Source: Parcubacteria group bacterium (GTDB taxonomy: Bacteria > Patescibacteriota > Minisyncoccia > Phycocordibacterales > Phycocordibacteraceae). From it: 46,512 nt of DNA. A program made the translations under genes and the position numbers. Each line of letters begins with the position of its first letter. The stretch's first letter is position 1. The notes under the pieces are model-generated. The model searched no databases and had not been told where the DNA came from. It was given only the letters and a program-made list of their open reading frames with translations. This document shows, in pieces, positions 26,020 through 35,608 of the stretch. The DNA lies in the NCBI GenBank assembly GCA_028286825.1, contig JAQBQV010000005.1, forward strand, positions 1 through 46,512, given 5' to 3'.

Positions 26020-26633
26020 ATAGCGCGCTTACCACGGGTGAGATTAATCACAATTGGGAGGAAGGAAATTGCAACAATAACAAGTGAGATTGGAAGGATA
26101 TACTTTTCGCTATTCGGAACGATCGAGCCCAAGGTAAAGCCCATGAGCGTCATGCCGGCACCCCACAGCACCCCGCCGAGTATGTTGAATCCGATAAATT
26201 GACGGTACTTCATCCGACTTGCTCCTGCGAGAATCGGCGCGATTGTACGAACGATAGGGACAAAGCGTGCGAGTACCACTGCTCGACCGCCATATTTTTC
26301 ATAAAACCGCTCCGTACGTTTTAAATATTCTTGCTTGAAAAAACGTGAATCTTTGCGAGTGAAGAGTCGTTCGCCGACCTCTGAGCCAAACCAGTACCCC
26401 ACAGAGTCACCGACAATTGCCGCCACAACGACAACGATAATAAGAGGTCCGATTATGAGATACCCAGCTCCAGCAAGAAGTCCCGCGGCAAAGAGAAGCG
26501 AATCACCTGGTAAAAAAATGCCAATCAAGAGTCCGCTCTCAGCGAACACAAGAAAGGCGAGTCCGATATAACTCCCGGCCTTGATCATCTCAATCGGATC
26601 GAGATGTATACATGCCATGAGGAAATTGATCAT
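26016..26633 (-). CDS. DedA family membrane protein
   Basis: FAESGLLIGIFLPGDSLL, GDSVGYWFG and ARFVPIVRT. Confidence 0.95.
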   Translation of the reverse strand: MINFLMACIHLDPIEMIKAGSYIGLAFLVFAESGLLIGIFLPGDSLLFAAGLLAGAGYLIIGPLIIVVVVAAIVGDSVGYWFGSEVGERLFTRKDSRFFKQEYLKRTERFYEKYGGRAVVLARFVPIVRTIAPILAGASRMKYRQFIGFNILGGVLWGAGMTLMGFTLGSIVPNSEKYILPISLVIVAISFLPIVINLTRGKRAI

Positions 26634-26641
26634 GTCTATCG

Positions 26642-26649
26642 AGTATACT
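26642..26649. promoter_or_regulatory. Palindromic bidirectional -10 element AGTATACT
   Basis: Reads TATACT on both strands: 7 nt before the + strand ATG at 26657 and 8 nt before the - strand ATG at 26633. Confidence 0.55.
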
Positions 26650-26656
26650 TGAAGTA

Positions 26657-29428
26657 ATGGAATCCTCGCCCAAGTTGTCCACGCCAGAAGAGGAGCTCGC
26701 GTATCTGCGCGAACAAGTTTCTCGCAAGGAAGCCGAGCTATCAAAGCGCAATGTCGAGGCAAATGCGTTTGATCACGTGAGAGTCATTTCTGAGACGATC
26801 CACGAACACCATGCTGCTCCACTCGAGGTGCTAGCCAAAGAGTATCAAAGCACTGAAAAGACGATCGATACACAGGCTGAAGCGATCCTCAAAGAGCTTA
26901 ACCTAGGCGGTACCGAAGAAGCGGTGAAGAAGCTCCAGGCAGTTATGGAGGAGAAGGGGGTAAAAAATGCTCTAAGTGTTATGGAGAAACTGCACGATCC
27001 CCATGTGGCTGATGACTTCCATCAGTATCTCGTGCGTCATATTGCTGCGGGGATTCTTGTGCCCGGAATCGACGAGAAGGCACCTCGTTTCCAGGCGCTT
27101 CACATGACGCTATATGAAATCGCACTCCCAGAGCCTAAGCACGAGGAGGGGGGCCGCACAAAGACGCTCAAAGAGCTTGTCTCGGGAATGGAACAGTTCT
27201 ATGCGGGACTGCTCTCAGTTGAGGACGCGGAAGCGGGCGAGCCACCTTACTTTGCACTTGAATTAGCCGTGCCTGAGGACCGCCCTGAGCTCCAGTTTTA
27301 TGCCGCAGTGCCTAATAGTAAGTGCAATTTGTTTGAGAAGCAGCTTCTTGCGATCTTTCCCAATGCGCACCTTGTTGCACAACCACACGACTATAATGTG
27401 TTTACTAACAGCGGTATTTCCTACACCTCAACAGCAACGTTAGCCGCTAATCCGGCGCTTCCGCTGAAGGACTATACTGAGTTTGATTATGATCCGATCA
27501 ATGCGATAACCAATGCCTTCGCCAAGATCGAACACACAGGCGAAGGGGCAGCGCTCCAGATTATTATCGAGCCAAGAGCCGAACGGCATGTAAAGCATTA
27601 CCAGAAAATTTTGCATGCGCTCCGAAAGGGAGAAAAGCATACGACGGCCTTTAGTACGCCTGAGACCATGATGGGTGAAGTGGTTCGCGACATCGGTAAG
27701 TCCCTCTTTTCGAGCAAGCCTAAAGACGAACAGAAAGCAAAGGAGGCAGAAACGCGTCAGATAGAAGCGAACAAAGCGCATATCGAGCAGCTCGAGAAGA
27801 AAATAGCTGCACCCATTGTTGGAGTCACCATCAGACTGGTTGTCTCTTCTACCGACGAGCGTAAGGCAGGGCAGGTGCTCGACGAGATTGAGGCCGCGTT
27901 TAATCAGTTTGCGAGTACGCAAGGCAACCACCTTTCATTTAAGCGTACTCCGATGGGCGATAAAGCCGATGCGGCTTTTGAAAAGTTCTCGTTCCGCTTG
28001 CCGGACTCAAATGCACTCCCGCTCTCGCTTCGCGAACTCACGACCATCTACCACTTCCCGCCGTCTGGAATCGAATCCTCTCCGCACTTAAAGCAGGCGC
28101 GCTTTACCCATGCTCCAGCACCGGTCGCGCTCCCACAGACCGGTTCATTGCTTGGTATTAATACGTATCGTGGTCAAGAATCACGGATCTATCTGAGTCC
28201 TGAAGATCGCCTTCGCCACCTCTACATCATCGGGCAGACCGGTACCGGTAAGACCGGGCTCATGAAATCGATGATTATGCAGGATATAAAAAATGGCGAC
28301 GGCTGCTGCTTTATCGATCCGCACGGCTCAGACATTATCGATATCTTGGCCTCAATCCCGCCTGAGCGTTACCAAGATGTCATTTACTTTGACCCGGCTG
28401 ATCTTTCGCGGCCGCTCTCGCTTAATTTCCTCGAGTACGACATGTCTCGACCAGAGCAGAAGACATTTATTGTGAACGAACTTCTGATGATCTTTAAGCG
28501 CCTCTACGGTGACGTGCCTGAGAGTATGGGTCCCGCGTTTGAGCAGTACTTCCGGAACGCGACATTGCTCGTGATGGAAGATCCAAGCTCCGGATCGACG
28601 ATCCTCGACATTGCGCGCGTGCTTAGTAACAGCGAATTTAGAGCACAGAAGCTTGCAAAGAGTATGAACCCCATCGTGAATCAGTTCTGGACAGAGATCG
28701 CGACGAAGGCCGGAGGCGATGCGGCGCTTGAAAACATCGTGCCGTATATCACCAATAAGTTCGATGACTTTACGGCAAACGATTTCATTCGACCGATCGT
28801 CGGGCAACAGGAATCTTCCTTTAACTTCCGCGAAGTGATGGATACAAAAAAGATATTACTCGTAAACCTCTCGAAGGGCCGCTTAGGCGAGCGAAACGCA
28901 AACCTCCTCGGGCTGATCGTAGTGGGCAAGCTCTTTATGGCTGCGCTCTCTCGAGCCGACAATCCGCGCGGCCAACACGCACCTTTTTACCTCTACATTG
29001 ACGAGTTCCAAAACGTGACGACGGATTCGATCCCGGGGATTCTGTCCGAGGCCCGCAAATACAAACTTTCGCTCAGTATGGCGCACCAGTTCCTTTCGCA
29101 GATCGAGGAAAAAACACGTGACGCAGTCTTCGGGAACGTCGGCAATATGGCAGTCTTTCGTGTGGGTGAAGAGGACGCCGAGTTCTTTGCAAAGCAATTT
29201 GCTCCCGTATTTGAATCATCTGATTTCGTAAATCTTGAAAACCGAAACGCGTACGTAAAGATTCTTTCAAACGGCATACCGCAAAAGGCTTTTGACATGA
29301 AAACGCCTGATTTGCCGGAAGCAAATCAGGCTCAGGTAGACGACCTTATTCACCTCTCGTCGCTTACCTACGGTCGCGATCGTGCTACCGTTGAGAATAT
29401 GATCCGCGAACGATATCTCTCTCGTTAA
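26657..29428 (+). CDS. VirD4/TraD-like coupling-protein ATPase (HerA/FtsK superfamily)
   Basis: RHLYIIGQTGTGKT (Walker A), IDPHG, LYIDEFQN (Walker B), LSEARKY, AHQF and VFGNVG. Confidence 0.9.
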   Translation: MESSPKLSTPEEELAYLREQVSRKEAELSKRNVEANAFDHVRVISETIHEHHAAPLEVLAKEYQSTEKTIDTQAEAILKELNLGGTEEAVKKLQAVMEEKGVKNALSVMEKLHDPHVADDFHQYLVRHIAAGILVPGIDEKAPRFQALHMTLYEIALPEPKHEEGGRTKTLKELVSGMEQFYAGLLSVEDAEAGEPPYFALELAVPEDRPELQFYAAVPNSKCNLFEKQLLAIFPNAHLVAQPHDYNVFTNSGISYTSTATLAANPALPLKDYTEFDYDPINAITNAFAKIEHTGEGAALQIIIEPRAERHVKHYQKILHALRKGEKHTTAFSTPETMMGEVVRDIGKSLFSSKPKDEQKAKEAETRQIEANKAHIEQLEKKIAAPIVGVTIRLVVSSTDERKAGQVLDEIEAAFNQFASTQGNHLSFKRTPMGDKADAAFEKFSFRLPDSNALPLSLRELTTIYHFPPSGIESSPHLKQARFTHAPAPVALPQTGSLLGINTYRGQESRIYLSPEDRLRHLYIIGQTGTGKTGLMKSMIMQDIKNGDGCCFIDPHGSDIIDILASIPPERYQDVIYFDPADLSRPLSLNFLEYDMSRPEQKTFIVNELLMIFKRLYGDVPESMGPAFEQYFRNATLLVMEDPSSGSTILDIARVLSNSEFRAQKLAKSMNPIVNQFWTEIATKAGGDAALENIVPYITNKFDDFTANDFIRPIVGQQESSFNFREVMDTKKILLVNLSKGRLGERNANLLGLIVVGKLFMAALSRADNPRGQHAPFYLYIDEFQNVTTDSIPGILSEARKYKLSLSMAHQFLSQIEEKTRDAVFGNVGNMAVFRVGEEDAEFFAKQFAPVFESSDFVNLENRNAYVKILSNGIPQKAFDMKTPDLPEANQAQVDDLIHLSSLTYGRDRATVENMIRERYLSR

Positions 29429-29431
29429 TTT

Positions 29432-32400
29432 ATGGCACAAAAAAATGGTGAAGAAATGGGTATTGAAAAATTTCAGACACGCCGTCGCTCAGAAGCAGTT
29501 AAAAACGCTACTGACGTCGATGTGCAAACAGAAAATCGAACCTATGATGAACTCAAGTCACGTCTTGAGACCGCTTTTTTTGAAACGTACCCAGAGCCAG
29601 ACATGTCTGTTCCAGAGCAAAAGCAGCTTTACAACAAACTATCCGCTCTGAGAAAAGAATTGGCCAAGTCCATCAACCAACCGGCAAAAACGAGAAGTCT
29701 CGAAAACGTAAAAGCCCAGATTGACGCTTTTAGAGAGGAGTTAAAGCCGGCACAAACTGTGGTAAACGCCCAAATGACAGAAAGCGTTGTCCCTGAAGCC
29801 AGCGTTACTCAGCCTCAAGAGGCTAAACCGTTCAACCCTCATTCTGTAGCCTCTATACAGACCGTAGAAGAGCAACAGAAAAATTTGGAAGGTAGAAAAC
29901 ACGCGGCTGTACTCGGAATCATTCCGCCAGTGTCGATAAATGACCTCGATATAGATATTACTCACGCTCGCACTCCGCAGTATATGACTCGTCCCGAGAT
30001 GCAAAAGGACATGGATGCGTGGGCGGCCGGTTCTATTGCACCGACACAAACAGAGCATTCAGAATTTTCAGCACCAGAGGCGTTGACGGCATTATTTAGC
30101 GGCCACGTGCCCGCTCAGGTTTTAGAGGTGTATTCAAAATTGAAAGATCAAAAAAAGCAAGAAAGTTATCTTGAATCGCTTCGAAAGGAAATCGATGAAG
30201 AGAAGAAAGCCTCAGCTGTTGTGCAAGAGTGGGAACGGCAAGGGCCGACTGAACTCGGCAATCCGTGGGGCCGAGGTGGCTTGAAAAGAGGAATATTTAG
30301 AGAACAGCTTTTGAGTCTCTATCCGCCAAACCCAGACGGCACTCGGGATGCTAAACACATTTCGGAATCAGACTGGAGAAAATACGAAGACCTTGCAGAA
30401 GAACAGCAGAAGAACTTTGCTTCAGGAGACGAAGGAGCAGAGGAGGCGACACTTGAAAAGATTGCTCAGTTTCTGCTTGAGCCAAAAGTCCCCATTACTG
30501 ATGAGGCTGTTCTAGTGCCGACTGCCGAGCGAGTATTAAATGGAAGTTCTCATGAGACCATCTCAGACAAGGAGAACGGAGAGATGGCACAATCGGAAGA
30601 ATCCAATTTTCAAGATATAGGAAAAACCGTAAATATAGATTCCGATTCGAGCAGCGCTCATTTAAGTCTTGAGCTAGCAAAAGAATTTTTGAAGCTTGGT
30701 GATAGAGATACGGCCGAGCAGTATTTACAAGAAGTAATTGCAGAAGGGGATGATACTGAGAAAGCAGAAGCGCTAACTCTTCTCGGGAAAGCGGGTCACC
30801 ATGAGTCGGTAGAGACTGCCCCTAAGGTCTTCCACTTTAGGCCAGGTCATGAGAAAAATATTCCAGAAGACGCCGTTTTTTCAGACGGATCACCGCTTAA
30901 CCCAGAGCCGCGGCAAATTCCTTCTTCTGAGTCACCTAAGGAGCAGACCCAGAATGAGCAGCCGGAAACACCTAAGGAGTGGAAGGCAAAATTGCGTGAG
31001 CTCATTAGCGGAGCCAAGGACAGCACCAAAGAAAAGGTGAATTGGTATAAAAGCTCGGAAGAGGGTCTCATTCGCCGTTCTGCCGAACTGGATCTTAAAG
31101 CAGAGAACATTGGCGGGATTGAAAAATGGTTTAGAAATGTTGGCGAGAACTATAATAAGAAAAGTTTTACGACTAAGCTTGCCATGGGTGCAGGCCTCGG
31201 GCTAGGAGCATTCGCTTTTTCTACTATTGCACCTCCTGTTGCGGCAGCGTTCATGCTGGGTCTCGGCTATCAGCGCACCGCAGCGCTTTCGACAATGTTC
31301 TTAAAATTTGAGAAAAAGGCAGTCGACGACAAAAAAACCAATGCGAAAGAGTGGTCGATGTTGAAAGCGATAGGCTATACAGTAGCAATGGGTGCAGCGA
31401 TACAAGAAGCGCTGTTACTCGCCAATCAGACGGAAACCGGACAAAAAGTACATGAGTATATTGGAGAAAAAGCTCAAGTCGTCGGTGAAAAGACTCAAGA
31501 ATGGCTGAAGCAGTACTGGCCATTCAAGGGTGGTGTAAAACCCGAAGGGACGTGGGCAGAATCAACACCGGGGAATCCCTCGAACCTGTCGCCACAACCA
31601 CAAAAGCATCCTGAGATTACGTCGAGCGGGAAGCTACTGAATGACACAAATATTTCGGAGAGGATAGAAGGGGAGATTGCTCTCCCTGATGACCTTGAGC
31701 CCATTGCGGCGACAAAAGGAAAGGGTACAGAGTATATGATCAAGAGAATGTGGAAGCAGCTTTCGGAAAAGCATCTAGATGCAAGTAGCTATTACGATGC
31801 TGAACGCGCTCCTGATCAGCAACCAGACATATACAAACTTCTTACCGCAGATGAGGAAACAATTGATAAAGTCGTGCATAAAATCGCTGCTGACCCAAAG
31901 CACGGCTTCTATCACCCAGGCGGTACCAATGCGCGCGTTGATCTCGACTCAGTAATGTCTTTTGACACACACGGAGAGATAACGCTCGATGGAATGATGG
32001 AAACGCCAAATGACGGACCGATAACACCGCCATACAACCATGCCGCGAATGCAGAGAACCCTGCAATATCAGATGAGACTAGTGACGACGGTTTTCAGCG
32101 CGTTTCAGCAACTGATGAGTCATTCCACATACAAGAGCAGCTTGAGCGCGACTCGATCGGCGAACCTAGACCCATTAATGGAGGTGCCCCTGAAGGTCTT
32201 CAGGATGCAGATTCTATAGGAACTCAAGATTCAACTACATCGTCTGCTCCTGAGAGTGGCACAATCGAAAATCAGCCATCTCTCCCACAGACAAAGGAAT
32301 TTCTTAGTGATAGCGGACTAAAGATAGAACCTCGAGAGGGACATGTGTTTGTCGAAAAGGGAAGTGGTGTTCCAGTTGCGTATGGAGAACCCTTTGAAGC

Positions 32401-32641
32401 GAGATGGAACGCTGCTAACGAGTACGCAAAGGCTCATCCGGGTGAAGAAGTTTCTGTTGAAGCAGAGCGTCTTGTGATTCTCGAAGATGGCAAAGCTCAC
32501 TCTTGGGTGCACGCGGTTAAGGCAACCAAAATCTTAGGCATGACGTGGGTGTCATCCTCAGTCGAAGCACCACCAAGCTCTCTTGAGGCACCAAACCTTC
32601 GAGATATTGACCCTAAGAAATTTACTAAACAGTTGCAATAA
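29432..32641 (+). CDS. Large acidic orphan membrane protein with coiled coils and an internal FimV C-terminal-like motif
   Basis: 1069 aa; Glu/Pro-rich disordered regions; hydrophobic helices at about aa 585-665; starts 3 nt after the ATPase stop. Confidence 0.8.
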   Translation: MAQKNGEEMGIEKFQTRRRSEAVKNATDVDVQTENRTYDELKSRLETAFFETYPEPDMSVPEQKQLYNKLSALRKELAKSINQPAKTRSLENVKAQIDAFREELKPAQTVVNAQMTESVVPEASVTQPQEAKPFNPHSVASIQTVEEQQKNLEGRKHAAVLGIIPPVSINDLDIDITHARTPQYMTRPEMQKDMDAWAAGSIAPTQTEHSEFSAPEALTALFSGHVPAQVLEVYSKLKDQKKQESYLESLRKEIDEEKKASAVVQEWERQGPTELGNPWGRGGLKRGIFREQLLSLYPPNPDGTRDAKHISESDWRKYEDLAEEQQKNFASGDEGAEEATLEKIAQFLLEPKVPITDEAVLVPTAERVLNGSSHETISDKENGEMAQSEESNFQDIGKTVNIDSDSSSAHLSLELAKEFLKLGDRDTAEQYLQEVIAEGDDTEKAEALTLLGKAGHHESVETAPKVFHFRPGHEKNIPEDAVFSDGSPLNPEPRQIPSSESPKEQTQNEQPETPKEWKAKLRELISGAKDSTKEKVNWYKSSEEGLIRRSAELDLKAENIGGIEKWFRNVGENYNKKSFTTKLAMGAGLGLGAFAFSTIAPPVAAAFMLGLGYQRTAALSTMFLKFEKKAVDDKKTNAKEWSMLKAIGYTVAMGAAIQEALLLANQTETGQKVHEYIGEKAQVVGEKTQEWLKQYWPFKGGVKPEGTWAESTPGNPSNLSPQPQKHPEITSSGKLLNDTNISERIEGEIALPDDLEPIAATKGKGTEYMIKRMWKQLSEKHLDASSYYDAERAPDQQPDIYKLLTADEETIDKVVHKIAADPKHGFYHPGGTNARVDLDSVMSFDTHGEITLDGMMETPNDGPITPPYNHAANAENPAISDETSDDGFQRVSATDESFHIQEQLERDSIGEPRPINGGAPEGLQDADSIGTQDSTTSSAPESGTIENQPSLPQTKEFLSDSGLKIEPREGHVFVEKGSGVPVAYGEPFEARWNAANEYAKAHPGEEVSVEAERLVILEDGKAHSWVHAVKATKILGMTWVSSSVEAPPSSLEAPNLRDIDPKKFTKQLQ

Positions 32642-32663
32642 TTAGCCGTGGTATATTACCTTT

Positions 32664-32960
32664 ATGCAAGATGAACTAACAAAAGCGATAGCAACTGATC
32701 TCGGGATCAACGATCTGAAACCAGAGGAACAGCAGGCCCTTATCAGTCAGTTTGGGGAAGTGGCGCTCAAGGCGGCGACCATTGCCATTGTTGAGAAGAT
32801 GCCAGAAGCGAAAAGAGAAGAGTTCACGCAGCTTGCTGAAGCGGGGGATGCGCTTGCAGTGCAGACCTTCCTTGACGCTGAGGTTCCTGGCCATGAGGCG
32901 ATCGCAAAAGCGGCTGTAGCTGAAGAGGTCAAGCGATTTAAGGCTTTTCAAGCTCCGTAG
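32664..32960 (+). CDS. Small helical hypothetical protein (DUF5663-like)
   Basis: LGINDLKPEEQQALI...FLDAEVPG pattern. TATATT 6 nt upstream. Confidence 0.7.
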   Translation: MQDELTKAIATDLGINDLKPEEQQALISQFGEVALKAATIAIVEKMPEAKREEFTQLAEAGDALAVQTFLDAEVPGHEAIAKAAVAEEVKRFKAFQAP

Positions 32961-32988
32961 TATACTAAGGGTCTAACCGTTATACATT

Positions 32989-33507
32989 ATGAATCCGACA
33001 CAAACAGGAATTGCCGTCGCTTTAGCACTTGTTGTGGTTAGCGTTTTCCTTTTCGTACCGGGGCTGTCGCCCTTCGGAGGCGTACAAACCGCAGCAGTCA
33101 CCGATTCGCAATCATTAGCAACTACAACAGCAGATCAAACAACTACCATGCCACCACAACCTCCCCTTACTCAGCTTGAAATGAAAGACGAAGTCGTCGG
33201 CACAGGTGCCACAGCAGTCGCTGGTGATACTGTGACCGTTCAGTATATTGGTACCCTTACAAACGGTACCGTCTTTGACGCATCAGCCAAACACGGCACA
33301 GAGGGCTTCACATTTAGGCTCGGTGCTGGAGAGGTGATTAAAGGATGGGATCAGGGCGTTGCCGGTATGAAGGAGGGAGGTAAGCGACTTCTCGCAATTC
33401 CAGCAGCACTTGCCTACGGGGCACAAGCCGTTGGCGGTGCAATACCTGCAAACTCGGATCTTATTTTCGAGGTTGAACTTTTGAAGGTTCAGAAGGGTGG
33501 TAACTAG
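32989..33507 (+). CDS. FKBP-type peptidyl-prolyl cis-trans isomerase
   Basis: VQYIGTL, FDAS, VIKGWDQG, AYG and IPANSDLIFEVEL. Confidence 0.96.
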   Translation: MNPTQTGIAVALALVVVSVFLFVPGLSPFGGVQTAAVTDSQSLATTTADQTTTMPPQPPLTQLEMKDEVVGTGATAVAGDTVTVQYIGTLTNGTVFDASAKHGTEGFTFRLGAGEVIKGWDQGVAGMKEGGKRLLAIPAALAYGAQAVGGAIPANSDLIFEVELLKVQKGGN

Positions 33508-33618
33508 AAGAGCTTGCAATTTTAGGGATTCTGTGCTATAAAAAAGACTGCTGTTAAGCGGTCTTTTTTGTCATACCTTGCCTGAGGGTTTCAGGCGTCA
33601 AAATGGAAGGGAAAGAAA

Positions 33619-34224
33619 ATGAAGAAAATGCTACAGTTCGCTCTCCTCGTAACGATGGCGGCACTCCTTACGGCCTGCGCATCACCGCAGTATCGCTCTG
33701 GCGATGTCACGGTCGACAAGAAGGAAACAGGCGAGCTCGCCGATGCTGGTGGTTGGTCGCCTAAGGCAGCCGCGCAGTATGCGCTGGTTCAACACCCGCG
33801 CGTGAACAGTGGAGTCATTCCCGTCGAGGCAATACGCGAATCGCAATTCATGGGTGCGCACTGCCAGACCGAAATCGGCAAACAGATGGCTCCGGCGTAC
33901 ATGAATCCGTTCAGCGCTCAGGCGGCGGCCAAAGCGAAAGGCGACTGCGTGGAGAAGCTCTACGAGTTCTCGAAGGTGCACTTCGATCCCCAACACAGGC
34001 TCAACGGATCGTTCGTGATACCCATGCAAGGCGGCAAAGCCTTCGGCGACGCGCTTCCCACGGTAAGCGACGCAACGGCAGCATCGCTCAAAAAGGCGAA
34101 CGAAGCTTTCGCTAAGAAACAGGTCGACGATGCCGCCAAGAAAAAAGAAGCCGAAAAGATTTCGGCCGCTTGCGACACTTGCAAGAAGGCAACGGAAACC
34201 GCCGCGAAGAAGGACAAGAAGTAG
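33619..34224 (+). CDS. Putative lipoprotein
   Basis: Lipobox LTAC, a purine-rich SD, a TTGCAA-17-TATAAA promoter and a terminator at about 34262-34290. Confidence 0.75.
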   Translation: MKKMLQFALLVTMAALLTACASPQYRSGDVTVDKKETGELADAGGWSPKAAAQYALVQHPRVNSGVIPVEAIRESQFMGAHCQTEIGKQMAPAYMNPFSAQAAAKAKGDCVEKLYEFSKVHFDPQHRLNGSFVIPMQGGKAFGDALPTVSDATAASLKKANEAFAKKQVDDAAKKKEAEKISAACDTCKKATETAAKKDKK

Positions 34225-34311
34225 CGGGTCCGATCAGACCCATCGAGAACGTCGTGTTCCGAAGCCGCGCAGCAATGCGCGGCTTTTTTATTTCTGGTAG
34301 GGTAGAGACAT

Positions 34312-35538
34312 ATGGCGGCTTTCAACTTTAAAATAGAAGCTAAGCAAGGTACGGCGCGTGCTGGCGTTATTACGACGCCTCATGGTGAGATTCACACGCC
34401 AGCTTTTTCTCCTGTAGGTACTAAGGCAAGCGTGAAGGGCATTTCGCCACGCGAGCTTAATGAGCTCGGCGCAGAAGTAGTGCTGGCTAATACCTATCAC
34501 TTATACTTGCAGCCAGGTGAGAAAATTGTTGAAGGAGCGGGTGGGCTAGCCAAATTCATGGGTTGGGAGGGACCGACGATTACTGACTCAGGCGGTTTCC
34601 AGGTCTTCTCGCTAGGTGCTGGCTTTGGCAAATCAGTATCAAAATTTGTAAAAGAGGATGTGCCGCGTGAAGAAGCAGTAACCGTCTTTGATCAAGAGGT
34701 CGCGAGCTCTCACGGGCAGCTTGCCATTATCGACGACGAAGGTGTCACGTTTACGTCACATATCGATGGCTCGCTGCACCGCTTCACGCCTGAACGCTCT
34801 GTCGAGATCCAGCATGCACTCGGCGCTGATATCTTTTTTGCTTTTGATGAGTGCACAGCACCCACTGAGCCATACGAATACCAAAAAGAAGCGATGGAGC
34901 GAACTCACCGCTGGGCCGAACGAAGTTTGAAAGCGCATCGACAAAATATCGACGCGAATAAAAAGCAGGCGATCTTTGGCATTGCTCAGGGTGGACAGTT
35001 TGATGATTTGCGTAAGAGTAGTGCGAGAGCAATCGCTGAAATGGGCTTCGACGGTTTCGGTCTCGGAGGCTCGTTTAGCAAGAAATATGGGGATGATTCC
35101 TTAGAGTCGGCGCTCGCGATGCTAAAGGAGCTACCAGAAACGATGCCGGTCCACGGACTCGGTATTGGGGAACCGGGGGACATCTTGGCGAGCATCGCAG
35201 CCGGCGTTGATATCTTTGACTGTGTTGCTGCGACACGGATTGGCCGCCACGGTTCTATTTATACAAAAAGGGGGATCATTCACATCACGGGCGAGAAGTA
35301 TAGAAACGACTACGGGTCACTCGACCCCGAGGGTGTCATTAAAGGAACTGAGTTGTATACGCGCGCATACGTTGCTCACCTTATTCATTCTAAAGAAATG
35401 CTAGGCTCGATTATTTGCTCCCTGCATAATGTCGGCTTCACCTTAAACTTGGTAAAAGAGGCTCGTCAGGCAATTCTCGATGGACGATTCATCGAATTTC
35501 GTGCAGACTTCATGAGAAACTACTACCAAGCGAGCTGA
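34312..35538 (+). CDS. tgt: tRNA-guanine transglycosylase
   Basis: PVGT, NTYHL, TDSGGFQVFSL, FDEC, QGG, G-x-DIFDCV and HN. Confidence 0.96.
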   Translation: MAAFNFKIEAKQGTARAGVITTPHGEIHTPAFSPVGTKASVKGISPRELNELGAEVVLANTYHLYLQPGEKIVEGAGGLAKFMGWEGPTITDSGGFQVFSLGAGFGKSVSKFVKEDVPREEAVTVFDQEVASSHGQLAIIDDEGVTFTSHIDGSLHRFTPERSVEIQHALGADIFFAFDECTAPTEPYEYQKEAMERTHRWAERSLKAHRQNIDANKKQAIFGIAQGGQFDDLRKSSARAIAEMGFDGFGLGGSFSKKYGDDSLESALAMLKELPETMPVHGLGIGEPGDILASIAAGVDIFDCVAATRIGRHGSIYTKRGIIHITGEKYRNDYGSLDPEGVIKGTELYTRAYVAHLIHSKEMLGSIICSLHNVGFTLNLVKEARQAILDGRFIEFRADFMRNYYQAS

Positions 35539-35608
35539 GTAATATGGACAGAGTTATGTACATATTCGAGGCAAGCGCAGGGAGGAAGGAAGTAAACTAA
35601 TTACTATC

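Noticed and set aside
26657-29428. Conjugative element (ICE)
   Set aside because: No relaxase, VirB4, integrase or att sites are nearby, and the composition matches the backbone.
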